64,000 bases of DNA from Octopus sinensis (taxonomy: Eukaryota): the NCBI RefSeq assembly GCF_006345805.1, contig NC_042997.1, positions 85,746,001 through 85,810,000 on the forward strand. The letters run 5' to 3'. Both the position numbers and the translations under genes were made by a program. How positions within the stretch are numbered: position 1 is the first letter of the stretch; each line of letters opens with the position of its first letter. The notes under the pieces are model-generated. The model ran no database searches and was not told the origin of the DNA. It saw nothing but the letters and a program-made list of their open reading frames with translations. Shown here one piece after another: positions 37,337 through 49,538 of this stretch.

Positions 37337-37605
37337 CCTATACAACTCCTTTGACTTTGTTTCCTCATAACTTTCAGGAAAATGGATAGTTTTATAATGA
37401 AATTTTCTACAGATACCTTGTGTATATTACGATTATAAAGGAATTTGTTGAGGAAAAAATTTTCGGAGAAGGGTGAAAGGAGATTCGGACAATTTATACG
37501 GTGAATGAATTTTTAAATAAATATCTTTTAGATGGCGTAGATAACGATTATATCAGAATTTAATGTGGACTTATAAAAAATGGTGGGCGCGCACATATAC
37601 ATATT

Positions 37606-37637
<32 letters not shown>

Positions 37638-38619
37638 ATGAAATTTGAAAAAAATATGTAATATGTATTAGTATGTACGTGCACTAGTTTCTATATAGTC
37701 GATTTGTAGAAAATGTGAAAAAAAAATTAATTATTTATGAAAATTATGAAGAAACAAAATCAGTGGGCACATTTGTGCAGGAATGCCCATTTTCGAATAC
37801 CTTTCTGCAACGTATGACGTATATGTTACAAATCACCATTTTGGCTGAGCTTCAGAATAAACAATCCACATCTCCGGTAACAAAAAACTGAATTTGGGAA
37901 ATTTATTTGGCATACCAACACAAATGTGATTCCACTGCCGACTTTGTTGCCTCATAACTTTCAGAAGAACGGATAGTTTTGAATGAAATTTTCTACATAT
38001 ACACTTCAGATGATATAAAATCTTCCTCGTTATTTCAGAATTTGTTGTGACAATTTTTTCTGGGGTGACGGGAGGGGGAGAAGTTTCGGGAAATTCACAC
38101 GAATCGGCTGTTTACTTATAACTTTCAGAAAATGAGTATCTTTAATGAAATTTTCAACAAATATCTTTCAGATGGTTTAGATCAGTAGTTCTCAACCAAT
38201 TTTTGCCTATGAACCCCTTTGGTTTCTATTTTACTGGGGCGGGGGGCATAACTCATATAGGAATTGTATTTAGAAAGATGTTTAAATATCATAACCAGTT
38301 TATTGCGTATAAATTTTAACAACAAAATCTTATATGGACTTCAATTGAGAACCACAGGTGGTTATGAAAATATCAGAATTAAATGAGGAAAAAAATTGTT
38401 GGGCGCGTACACATATATACTGATACACATGACAAAATAAAACTTGAAATTATGAAAATGTTATGTAATGTGTATCAGTATGAGTGTGTTCGCATTAAAT
38501 TCCGATATAATCACAATCTACACAATCTGAGAAGAATTTGTAGAAAATTTCATCAAGAAAATCTTCATTTTCTGAAAGTTATGAGGAAACAAAATTGGGG
38601 AGGGACACACTTGTATAGG
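37337..38619. mobile_element. composite/tandem MITE with modular subterminal repeats and a nested hAT MITE
   Basis: Outer cctatacaa/ttgtatagg; the module tttgtt.cctcataactttcag..aatgaaattttctac occurs three times forward and inverted at the right end; two paralogous halves. Confidence 0.7.
38183..38357. mobile_element. hAT (Charlie-like) MITE
   Basis: TIRs cagtagttctcaa / ttgagaaccacag; related fragments at ~2050-2150 and ~36989-37250. Confidence 0.7.
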
Positions 38620-38660
38620 TTGCCATTTGTTTTCCAGAATCGCAATATGTTTCAATATTT

Positions 38661-38878
38661 AAAGGCGGCGAGCTGGCGGAATTGTTAGTATGACGGGCAA
38701 AATGCTTAGCAGTATTTCGTCCGACTTTACGTTCTAAGTTTAAATGCCGTCGTGGTCGACTTTGCCATTCATCCTTTCGAGGTCGATAAAATAGATACCA
38801 GCTGAGCACTGTGATCGATTTAATCGACTTAGCTCATTCCTCTGAAATTGCTGGTCTTGTGCCAAAATTTGAAATTGA
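38661..38878 (+). mobile_element. SINE family B, CpG-rich copy
   Basis: aaggcggcgagctggcggaatt...tgtgccaaaatttgaaa. Confidence 0.9.
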
Positions 38879-39423
38879 TGTTTTAACATTTAATTCAGAA
38901 AAAAAAAATTAATATAGAGCGTCAAAAACAAATAAATTACAGTTGATGGGTACTCAAACATGGAAAAAGCGGTAGGAGTAGCAAAAACAATTAAAGGGAA
39001 ATTTTGAAAACTTTATATATCGTAGAATCAATTATAAAATGTGATATTTAAAACAAAAATTCAAAGAAATTCGCCAAATAAATAAATAACAATTGAAAGG
39101 AAAAAGAATATTAAAAAAGCAATAGGGTGAGGGTCTTATTCTATCATTTGCTTATTAAATTGTGAGGTGGTAGAGGAACTCTAACCACTTTTCGTGGTTC
39201 ACTACCTCAACAGCCCCTTTATAGGATCCAGTGACTAAAGACATCGTCAGGAGGAACCACGTCCGGTTTCGGCACCTACTTCTCTACCGTTTTCGACTTG
39301 GTAGAGACCCTCTTTCAGAGGTGTCTTCAGCTCTGGTGTTGGGTGTGTTTTTCTTTCTCCTTTTTCTTTGACCGTTTGTTCTTTGGGTTCTTCGATGCAG
39401 TGTCAACGAATGTCAGCAGGCGA

Positions 39424-42400
39424 ATTTCTTTATTTGCCTATAGGGGTATACATAGAGGGGACAGAACAAGGACGGTCGCAGAACAGGGCTGGGGTTACAA
39501 ACATGATAAAAATTGATTAAAATTGGTTTGATGAAATCGGCAGTATGAAATGGAAAAAATGTGAAACTCGAATGAAAATTTTTAAAAGTTAAATGATTAT
39601 AACCATTTATAAGTCTTCAGGTTTTTATTTAGCCCGCCAGCTTTCTCTTTTTCCTTTTAACTTCGTTGTAATCACCGTATTTTTGTTTTTCATTTCCCTT
39701 CTTTTTCGCCTTGACCGGCTACACTAGCACGGCCCCATTCAATCTCAGCATTTTTACAACAGTTGACCATCTTTTCTCGAATATTCTTTGAGACAGGCAC
39801 TTTTTCTCCAGACAGATCTTCCTTGTCAGGTGGTAGTTAAAATAACTCACCAACCCGCATCCAGAGATAAAGTAGCCAGTTGCAATTCCCCTTCCACGCG
39901 CCATCCATACTGTGTCTTTCAGAAAAAAGACGCCTTCCTTTCCTTATTAAAGGAGGAAGGCGGTACGATCTTAATGATGGACTCGGTCGATATCCGTACT
40001 CCTTCCGTCTCCGACACCAGTTGTTCGACATGGGCTATCAGTCCCCTCAATTTCTCACAATGTACGAAGGTGTGCGCGACAGTTTTACTGACGCGCCCGC
40101 ACCTCGGGCATGTGGGGGAGGTGTCAAACCCGTGCCTTGACAACAGATCCCGAACCGGCACAGCCAAGCCAGGGATTTCTGGAAGTTATCCAGATACCTC
40201 GGCCCGAATGTCCTTCCGAACAGGTTGGCCAGCAGGTCCCCATCGAAGCCCAGAGCCTCTCCCAGGATGTCATCGGACTATTGCTCTACCAACCCGCTAT
40301 AGAAATCCGCAGTAGTAGTCCCGCTGCCGGTACTACTCGCCCGGGAGAACAGAGTAAGTGCTTGTCTGCACTTTAACATTCGCCCGTTCTAGGTCTTCGC
40401 TTGATCCGTGCACCCACGTTCCGTAGGGACATTAATTGCGGGAAAAGGAACTTGGCGTGCGATGACCACACCTGTTCACCATCCAGGTAGCGCCAGAGAT
40501 GTCTCAGCCTCAGCGCATGCTTGCGCATCATCAGCCAAAGCATCCCTAAACCACCCTTTAACGGTTTCTGGCAGTAGATAGAGCGCCTCGTTAGTGGTAG
40601 TTTCACCTTCCACAAAAAGCGGAATAGGATCCGTTCCATCTTGGACAGTCACACACCGGGGCAAGGCACGATGGTTAAGTGGTAGATTATACATGCTATA
40701 AACACCTGTACAAACTCCACCCTCCCTAGCAAGGATAGCGTCCTCCAAGACCAGGTCTGGGTTATGGCCGTCACCTTGCCTGTGACCTCGCTCCAATTTA
40801 TTTCCATCTGGAGATCTGGTCCAAACCAGACTCCGAGCAGTTTAACCGGGCCTTCCGTCCAAAGTCCAGCGACGCTGTTGGGAGGAATCGGCTTGCCCCT
40901 CCAGGTGCAGAGTTGCAAGCCAACTGATTTATCCTGGTTAACTTTTGTCCATACCATCGCTTCGTATCCTTTGATGGCATCTTCTACACTAGGTAGCTGC
41001 CTTTCATCAGACACGATGATGGTGACATCATCCGCATACGCCGTCGCTCCTCTACTGTAATATAGATCACGCGAGTCTCTCCCCATAGTCCCCAACCTCT
41101 GCAACAGTGGATCAAGAGCCAATACATACAGAAGCGGGGATAGGGGTCAGCCCTGGCGAACTCAATGCTCGATTGTGAACGGCTTCGAGAAGAAACTGTT
41201 CACCCGGACAACTGATTCGATGTCACTATACATAGCATTGATCCAGCCATGGAAAATCGGGCCCAGTTCCACCGTCCGGAAGACCGCCGCCAGATACCGA
41301 TGGTCAGCCCTATCGAATGCTTTAGACTGGTCTAAAATTCATCAGTACTTGCCAGGAACTTTGCTAACCCACTCTATGGTGTAGCGAATGAGATGAAGAT
41401 TGTCGTGTATTGTCCTTCATGGGATGACGCATATCTGCGCCTCTCCCACCAGGTCGCCCACGACAAGCCTCACTCTCTTGGCTAACACCTTGGCTCAAAA
41501 TCTGTAACTCTGTTTAGCAGAGTTATGGACCTGAAATTATTAATGTTATCCCTCTTGTTCGGGTCCTTCCTGATCAGTGTTACTACTTCCCCGCTCACAG
41601 ATTTGGGAATTCTCCAATTCTGCTGCCAGTTTGCGTATACACCGGCCAGTATGTTCCCGAACAAGTCTGGCATACTTTTATAAAATTCGTACGGTAGACC
41701 ATCCAATCCCGGCGACTTGTCCCCGGGGCACTCGGAAAGCACATCTATAACCCCCGCAGCTGTGAGCGGCCCTTCACAGTGCTCAGCCTCACGTGCCGAA
41801 TTCCCCATGGTCCAGCTCCTCACCCCTCCCAAACAACGTGGCGAAGTGCTCGTGAAAGGCCTTACATATCTCTTCCTGTCCTTGGATTTCCCGTCCATGT
41901 TCATCTACCACAGACCTTATCGTAGCATCTATGTCACGTTGGGTTTCTACCGAGTGAGCCCACCCGGCAACGTTGATACCCTCGCGACCCAGTGCATGTG
42001 CTTTTGCCCGAACCCTGCATCCTTCGCGTCGGTCCAGCGCCTCTTCTAATACCTTAACTAGACCCCCTTCTACTCTAGCCAGTTCAAGACTTAAATGTTT
42101 GCTAAATCTAACAGACTCAAGTCGAATGACTCGTTTGAGGGCACACCACCACCTGTTATTTAACACAGTGCCCGTTAGTGGCCTCATTACTAACTTCTTA
42201 ATCTGACTCCGGTAAGTTTCGCAATCCAATAAGGACTTGTTCAACTTTCAGTAGCCAGACCCCTGTCTATGGACTTTAATGATATGCATTCTACACGTCA
42301 CTAATTTATGATCCGTGTAGGGTACATAGGTAAATTGTGGACAGCTAAAACTAGACTTATCTCTAGAATTAACTATTATCCTATCTATATACGACCTGAT

Positions 42401-43580
42401 TGATCCGTCGTTATTACTCCAAGTCCACATTGGAACGCTCGGATTATCAAGTCTGTATCGATTTGCCAGCCTAAATCACATTAGGAGATCGACGAGGCGT
42501 GAGTTATATTTCCTATTGTTCGAGCCCACGCTATCCTGGCGTGCATCTAGAATAGCGTTAAAATCTCCTAGCAAAACTAGTGTCTTTGACGCCACAAGAA
42601 CGTTCTCTAGGTGTCGATAGAAATCATGCCATCTGCCTGTCGTGTCAGGTGCATAAATGTCAATCAACCTGAATGTTAGATCCAGAACGACTGACTCACC
42701 TTCTGGGTCCACAAAGATCATACGTGTCTGCAGGGCCAAGTTGTTTTGAGCAAGACTACGACGCCCCCTTCCTCCCTGTCCGACTAGCAAACGTGACTTT
42801 CTCATAGCCATTCAGGAGAGTAGAGAAGGCTTGCAGCTTGCCCAGCTTGGTCTCTGTAGCAACCATTACATCTATTCTATGTGATCTGAGGTAGTTCTGC
42901 ATCTCAGATATAGTGGTAATACTATGTTATTTCCATTTTTCAAGGTTCGAGTTGAAAACTCTCGAGCCTTCTCTGCTCACTCGAACCTTGCTTCAATGGT
43001 AGTAAATCTCGTGCCTCGAGCTAAATATTTAATTTGATTCATAACAGGCCCGGGGCACCTCTCAATTGTACTTTCTTCGAGATGTTCTAGTTTTTTCTTC
43101 TCAGCATCATACGTTTTATAAATAATTGTTTTCTCCTTTGTGTTGTTGATGATTTCGTTTGGTGGAGTAATCTTGCTTTCCCCGTTCAAGCGTTATTCGA
43201 TAACACTTGAATCTCTTCTTTTTTTAATGTAATATTTTCCATTCTTCCTACAACGGAAGCAAAATTCTTCTTTTTTTTTCTTCTATCGAAGACATGATAT
43301 TATTTTTTATATACAAAAAAGTTTCAAAAATTGTTCTAGTGCAGAAAACACAGTTCAAATATACTGAAAACGGTTCAAAATAACCACACAATTTTACAAA
43401 TCCTTCCCCCTTCAGAGAGGATAACAGTTTCACAATATTTATCACAAGCAATTATTTAACAAAGTTTCCTTTACGGGAAACCACAATAATCAAATTACAA
43501 ATCCTGTAAGCAGGCAACAACTTCAAAACAAACCTTTCAGTTGAACAGAATGATGTAACAACCCAGAACAAGTGCCGAAG
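39424..43580 (-). mobile_element. L1/Tx1-clade LINE, near full length, degenerate (ORF1 remnant, APE, RT, zf-RVT)
   Basis: APE motifs DIYAP, LLGDFNA, SYIDRI and TDHKLV; KSPGLDGLPYEFY; RT AYADD; GGLG; zinc knuckle CPRCG..TVAHTFVHC; AATAAA near 39430; flanking 17-18-bp direct repeat. Confidence 0.92.
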
Positions 43581-43699
43581 ACGAATGTCAGTGGCGACTG
43601 ATCATCCCGCCAAATCTCTCTTTAAATACTCGCCGGTAGGCTCCAGCAGCCAGCACCAGCTAACTGTCACGTGACACTAAGCTGCAACTGACTAATGGA

Positions 43700-46600
43700 G
43701 GGGAAAGACGCGTAGTTTTGTCTTGCGCCCTCTGTAAGCTTGCCTTCCAACAGCGTCATGTTAGTTTTAGTTCCAGCTGCCAGAGCAGACTAGCTGTCTG
43801 GTGGTACAAGCCTTCGAACCAGGAAGAGGGCGCGCAATGAACAAGATCGCTCATGTGGCCCACTTTTCAAGCAGCAACGTTGCTTAAATGCCAGCCAGCC
43901 TCACCTAGCGACGTTATTTCCCAGTCGGTATGTTATGGCTTTCAGGCCATTTCGGGTCTTCTCGTTTCAGCCATATATAGAAGCTGGCATTGTCGACTAC
44001 CTTCTGTAATACTTTGCTCAGCTCTGAGCTCGAAAATGCAAACCTTCTTTTAGATAACGTTGCCATTTTCCTCTAAATGAAGCCTCTAACACCACTGCCA
44101 GGTAATAATACTTGGCAGTCCATCCCTGTTCTCCGCACTCTTCGATTAATCTCTCATACCTCTTTTCCTTCCGTTACTCTGCATTAGCGGTGTTCTCTTC
44201 TCAAGATACTGTCAGCTCTAGCAGAATTCCAATTTTCCGTTCTGTGTTCCATAGGATTAAGTTCGGTCTTTTTGTTGCTTTTATGAGTGGAAATATTAAC
44301 AGTCTTTCCAAATCTGTGGCCAGTCCCCAGTCTCCTTTCCATCTTTCGTCTGTTTCGTATACTTCTTTTGAAGGCTTGGTCTTATGTCCTTTTCCCTCCT
44401 TCTGGAAGCATATCCTTCCGCGTGTTTCCACTTTGGGGTACTCTCCCCTATTATATCCCTCGAGCTTCTCCTTGAGTGCTGCGCTTATGACACCAAGGAC
44501 TTAATTGTGACGCCATGTATATTTGTCTAGTGCTAGCCTGCAGTTTGACAGAACATGTCTCACCGTCGCTTTCTCTCCGCATCTACATTCATCAGTTGTT
44601 TGTATGTTCCACCGGATTAAATTGGCCGGCGAAGGCAAAACGTCGAAGGTAGACTTGATCAGGAAGGATGTTCTTGCTTGTTCCCTAGCCCAAAGTACCT
44701 TCCATGAGATTCTGCGACTGACCACGTATTCCTCCCACCTCAGGCACCGTTCCTGTTGACTACATTGCACCAAGTGTACATTTCACCTTTCTTTTTCCTC
44801 CTTTCACTCTTCGAGTACCACTACCTCTTTCATCTCTTTTATACTGCTCATGCAAAATGGTTTAAAATTATACAACCCTAGACTGGCTCTTGCTTCTTGC
44901 GTCGCTCAGACTATATTGGCATGCCTTAGCTTTCGACCGCGCTGTTTACTGCTTCTTCTGCTTTCCATTTCCTCCTTGTTCGTACCTTTGGTGGGGTTTC
45001 GTAGGTGTTCTGATCTTTCGAATACCTTAGCATCATTACTTTCCTTGCCTTTTTCTGCCTTATATTCTTCGGCGATTGTTGTCATCGGTAGTTGCAGCAC
45101 GGGTTTTCCATATACTGCAGTTGTAGTCAGTGGTTTTGGAAGACCAAGCCATTTTCTGATAAACACACTGCATCTTTGTTCCATCCTTTCTACTATACTC
45201 GAAGCTATTTTGTACATTTTCAATGGCCGCATTTTCCTTGGGTACAGTCCAAATTGCAGTATGCAACATTTGAATTTCCCCAGTAATGTCCTGTCAATTG
45301 CCTTTAGTTCCTGTTCCACTAAATCGTGTTTCTTTGCTTTGCTTCTTATCATTTAATAAATCTCTGTGCCATCTGGTTGTTCTTTACTGGTTTTTCTTTC
45401 ATCGTTGGTATATCTTCATCTCCTATCTTGAATTTCATTTCTTTTTGTACTCCTTTCACGAAGACACGCTTAGAGACTTTTTGGCTTTGAATTTCATTCT
45501 CGCCTATCCTATTAGTTCGTCCAACCGCTCTAACGTTCAATCTGCTGCTTCTCTACTTTCTGATGATACAGTAATGTCGTCCATAAAAGCTCTTAATGGT
45601 GTCTTTGTCACAGATTTGTCATAGTTTGTTGATCTTTGTAACATCACCATGATTAGCACAAATAAGATGACTGATATCGTGCATCCAGCTGCCATACCTA
45701 CTTCTAGCCGTAGCCACGCCGTTGTGAACTTCCCTGCTGTAAATCTCACCCTCAATTTATTGTATTAACACATCAGCATTTGTTGAACATCTGGAATCCA
45801 AAAGAAGTCCATATCTGCTTGAATTAGTGCGTGTGGAACAGATCCATATGCATTGACAAGATCTAGCCATAAAATGTACAGGTTTTTCTTCAGTTGTTTT
45901 GCACAGTTGATTGTTTCCCAGATGGCAAATGCATGTTCTATGCATGCAGGGATTCCAGAGATCCCTGGCTTCTGGATTGCTTCATTAACATATCCGTTAT
46001 GCTGTATGAATTTTATGATTCACTTGGCAATGATCTTCCCATCGATATTTAGCAGTGAAATAGGTCTGATTTGCCCTAGTGTTTTTGCTTTCCTCTCTTT
46101 AGATAAATAGATACCTTCAGCTATACGCCATCTCTCTGTTACGTCCTTCTGCCACATTTCTCTTATCAATGCAAATAGTCGTAAACGCAATTTCGGGCAA
46201 TATTTATAAACCTTGTAGCTAACTCCGTCGTACCCTGGTAAACTTTTTGTTCTTGCTTTTCTAATGAACTCATCAATTTCTTTCTGTCTGATGTCACTCA
46301 AATCGAATGATACTCTTGGTTCGGGTGGTTTCTTCAACCCGCGCATTTCCGGGAGTACTTTATTCCTGTCAGCGTCGCTGTATGTCTAAAATGGTGTTCG
46401 AGCTCTTCTTTAGTGCAATCTAATCTTCTGCTCTTACTTTCAGTAGACAAACGTTTAGCATATTGATATGGGTTGTTCACAAACCTACGATAGTTCTTTC
46501 CTCTCTCCTTTTTTCTGTTCTTCCTTCTTTCCTTTCTTAGTTGACCTCCATGCCTCTCTTTTTATTCATATAGTTGTTTTAACCCTTCTCTTTCCTCCTC

Positions 46601-47230
46601 CTTTGCATCCCTCCATCTGGTTCTTAGTTTTTTCTTCTCTTTTCATATCTTTGCGATCCGTCTTTCTCTTCTCGATGGTCCACCCATTGTCGATGATTCT
46701 CCATTCCCTGTTGTTTCAAGTCCAAATCTTTTCTCTCCTTCCCGATAGATTATATTAGCCAAGTTCTCGAATTTGGTGGTCATACTTGTTGCCTCGTCAT
46801 CGAATTTCTTATAGCTAACTGCATCATTTGCCTACGTCCACTTTGGCTTCTTCACGCCTATCTCTTTTCTTGGATGTTCCGATTCAACTGTGGAATGACC
46901 ACCGCTATGGTTTCTTTCCAGGAGGTTCTGGCCACACGTCTTCTGGTTTTTCAACCCGCGCTGTTGAATCACTTTCTTCTAACACGCCTTCCCTTGGTAA
47001 ATTCTAAGTATGATGTAACTAGAAAACACTTTTCCGCAACAGCTGAATTCCTCGTCTACCTTTCTTTTAACGCTTATACAGAAGTATAGGTATAACGTCA
47101 CTCTTGAGTAGTTGATTTTGTGCCTATGCTAGACAGCTGGTAGCATGCCCATCGCTAAGTGGGGTGCACTGGACGGCAACACCCCTCCTATATTCAAAGG
47201 TGCACCTTCAGTTTACTGTGATACACTTAT
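43700..47230 (-). mobile_element. R2-Hero/NeSL-type RLE LINE, near full length, degenerate
   Basis: N-terminal CCGKVFSSY..LRIYQGKAC finger remnant; RT PGYDGVSYKVYKYCP, RPISLLNIDGK, GCTISVILF and RAFMDD; FLIKSTFDVLPSPANL..CRCG..HVLSNC..YTWRHN; RPNLILW..LELTVS; ASFYIWLKRED. Confidence 0.88.
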
Positions 47231-48753
47231 TTCGAAACTCCGCTTTAGCATTTTTACAAATTAGTGGCTACCCAGAATATTCTGAAGTATTCTCAGTCAC
47301 CAAAGTCTAGCGATAGGTCTTGTAGAATCATTATAACATCAAACTAAGCCCTTTGAATTTTAGTTACGACTCTCAAATCCCACCAAGGTCAATATTGCCT
47401 TTCATCCTTTCGGGAGTTGGTAAAACAACATACTATTCAAGTAGTTGGTCGATATAATCAACTCATTCCAACCACCACTACCAAATTTATGACTTTGCGC
47501 CTATGTTAGAAATAATTATTATTTATATTACTCTACTTGTGCTTGCCTTGTGCCAAAATTTGAAATCAACATGACTCTACTTTTGACGTGTTCTAGTGTT
47601 ATGCTCTTAACAAACGTGACAACGGAATGAAGTCAACGACATAATCGAAATCTTTAACATAATGAAACAATGTTATGAAAATTTATTAATTCTATGCATC
47701 AAAATAGAAATAAGAATATTTGTAAAACCTAGAATTTCCACATATCCCGCCAGCCATAATCATTATTGAAGTTTGGGAACGAATGATAATTGCGAAAGCC
47801 GTGAAGTACAGGTGAACTCTTCGTTTAAAGATAAATTCGCCATCAGTTCCATTCAACTCACATTCCAACTCAATTTATCTGTTGTAGAAAAGCATGTGCA
47901 CTTTACAGCAACAAGTAGCTGCACATTATTCATTATTCATGAATACTAGTTTATTTCGAGTGTGTATATAACAAAAGAAAAGTTGTGCTCTTCAGGTCAC
48001 GTAACACTTCAGACACAATCACTAGAAAGTACTTATGTCTATACACTTTCTAGAGTGCATAAACCTAAGCAAATCTACGGCCTGAGGCGTTCTAGCAACG
48101 ACTCTCCATCCTTTCGTATAGCAGTGACGGCATCGTCCAATGAGTTTTCCTTTTCCAAGACTGTAAAGCTAAAGCAATTTGAAGGAGATTTGACTGTTGT
48201 TCATACCCAGTAGGTCGAGCAACCTCGTAGTCTTCCTCGCAAACTCGCAGCCCCTTCGTTTGGCTCGTCGATAATAAATGACTAGTAAAATAAGTGGTAT
48301 TTCCTTACTATCTTTTGCATTCTGTGTTCAAGTCCTGCCAAAGTCAAATTTCTTTTACATTCTTCCAGGGTCGATAAAATAAAGTACCAATCAATTGCTG
48401 ATTCAATTTAACATTCCTATAAAACTTGTTAGATGTGAATGAGACATAGCAGAAGAAAACTCTCTCTCTCGCGCGCGTATATGTGTATAAAATACACGCA
48501 TATATATATATATTACTGTTAAACTAATAAACAACAAACACATTCACTGATAGAACGTAACGCTGTAACAGGATCAAAGTTATACACATGCAGAGTGACT
48601 TCGAGTTACGCTTTCCGAGATTTATTCAGCAATACACACACACACACACACACTGTTGTTTTATTGTTCTATCGGCTGACTAGATTACAGATTTTAAATT
48701 TGTTTTTACTGACCATTTGTTTTCATAGTGCAGTCAGTATCTATCTACCAATC

Positions 48754-48890
48754 TAGCGTAGCTGAGGGGCAGTAGGGGTGGTCCGCCCCGGGCAGCACTT
48801 TTGGGTCTGCTGTAGGCAATGTGTTTTTTACGGGGTCCGGGGGCGAAAAACGGAAGGGCCGCCCCGGCACCACACATTCTAGCTACGCTG
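48754..48890. mobile_element. GC-rich hAT-like MITE
   Basis: Inverted termini (t)agcgtagct / agctacgctg. Confidence 0.55.
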
Positions 48891-49538
48891 GTGCATGTGT
48901 ACTGCCAGTTTGTCCATATATTGTATTTGTACATATACACACATACGTAGACTTATTCCTCATACGTTATCTATACACACCCATACACGCGCGCAAGAAC
49001 GCTTACATGAACACACGTATATTATACACAGGGACTAGGTAAGAGCTTTATAAATGACATCGAATATAAAACAAATTATAGCCACCAGGCAATCCAGTAC
49101 AAGGCTGCCTATGCTAGCTACCGAACTAGGGTTAGAAGCGAAAGCAAAATAAAAAAAAACACCATAAATGCGATTCCATTTGTGTTATGCAAAACTATGA
49201 CTACTAAGTACCTGCTCCAGCGGAGCTCCACTCTGTTGAGTAACATAAAAATTAAACCTTCTAAAAGCAGTCCTAGAACGGGTGATATTAAATTTATACT
49301 GCATGTATCAGCCCGGCAAACTGCAGAAGCATGCGCAGGATTTCGTTTATCACATGTATTTCTCTGAATCAGCACCGGACTTACCGCTAGGCTTAGCAGA
49401 TTGGAGACTAGGGTAGCAAAATCTAGGGAACTGTTGACCAAAGTGTTTGGATAATTCTAGTCGTGAGAATGACTGGGACGAGATTCATCCGTGGAAGAAC
49501 GCACGACGTATTTTTCGGCGAAAAGAAACCACCGTAAA

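Noticed and set aside
39240-39280. GAAA...CTGACGA on the minus strand resembling a permuted hammerhead
   Set aside because: Only 4 nt separate the cleavage triplet from the core, so stem I cannot form.
47150-47215. 7-bp ggtgcac/gtgcacc stem at the Hero element 5' end, a candidate HDV-like ribozyme
   Set aside because: No correctly sized L3, no P1.1 GG and no P2/J4-2 geometry; it is only a stem-loop.
49118-49441. 107-aa minus ORF and 61-aa plus ORF in CpG-containing unique-looking DNA
   Set aside because: No recognisable domain or splice signals.
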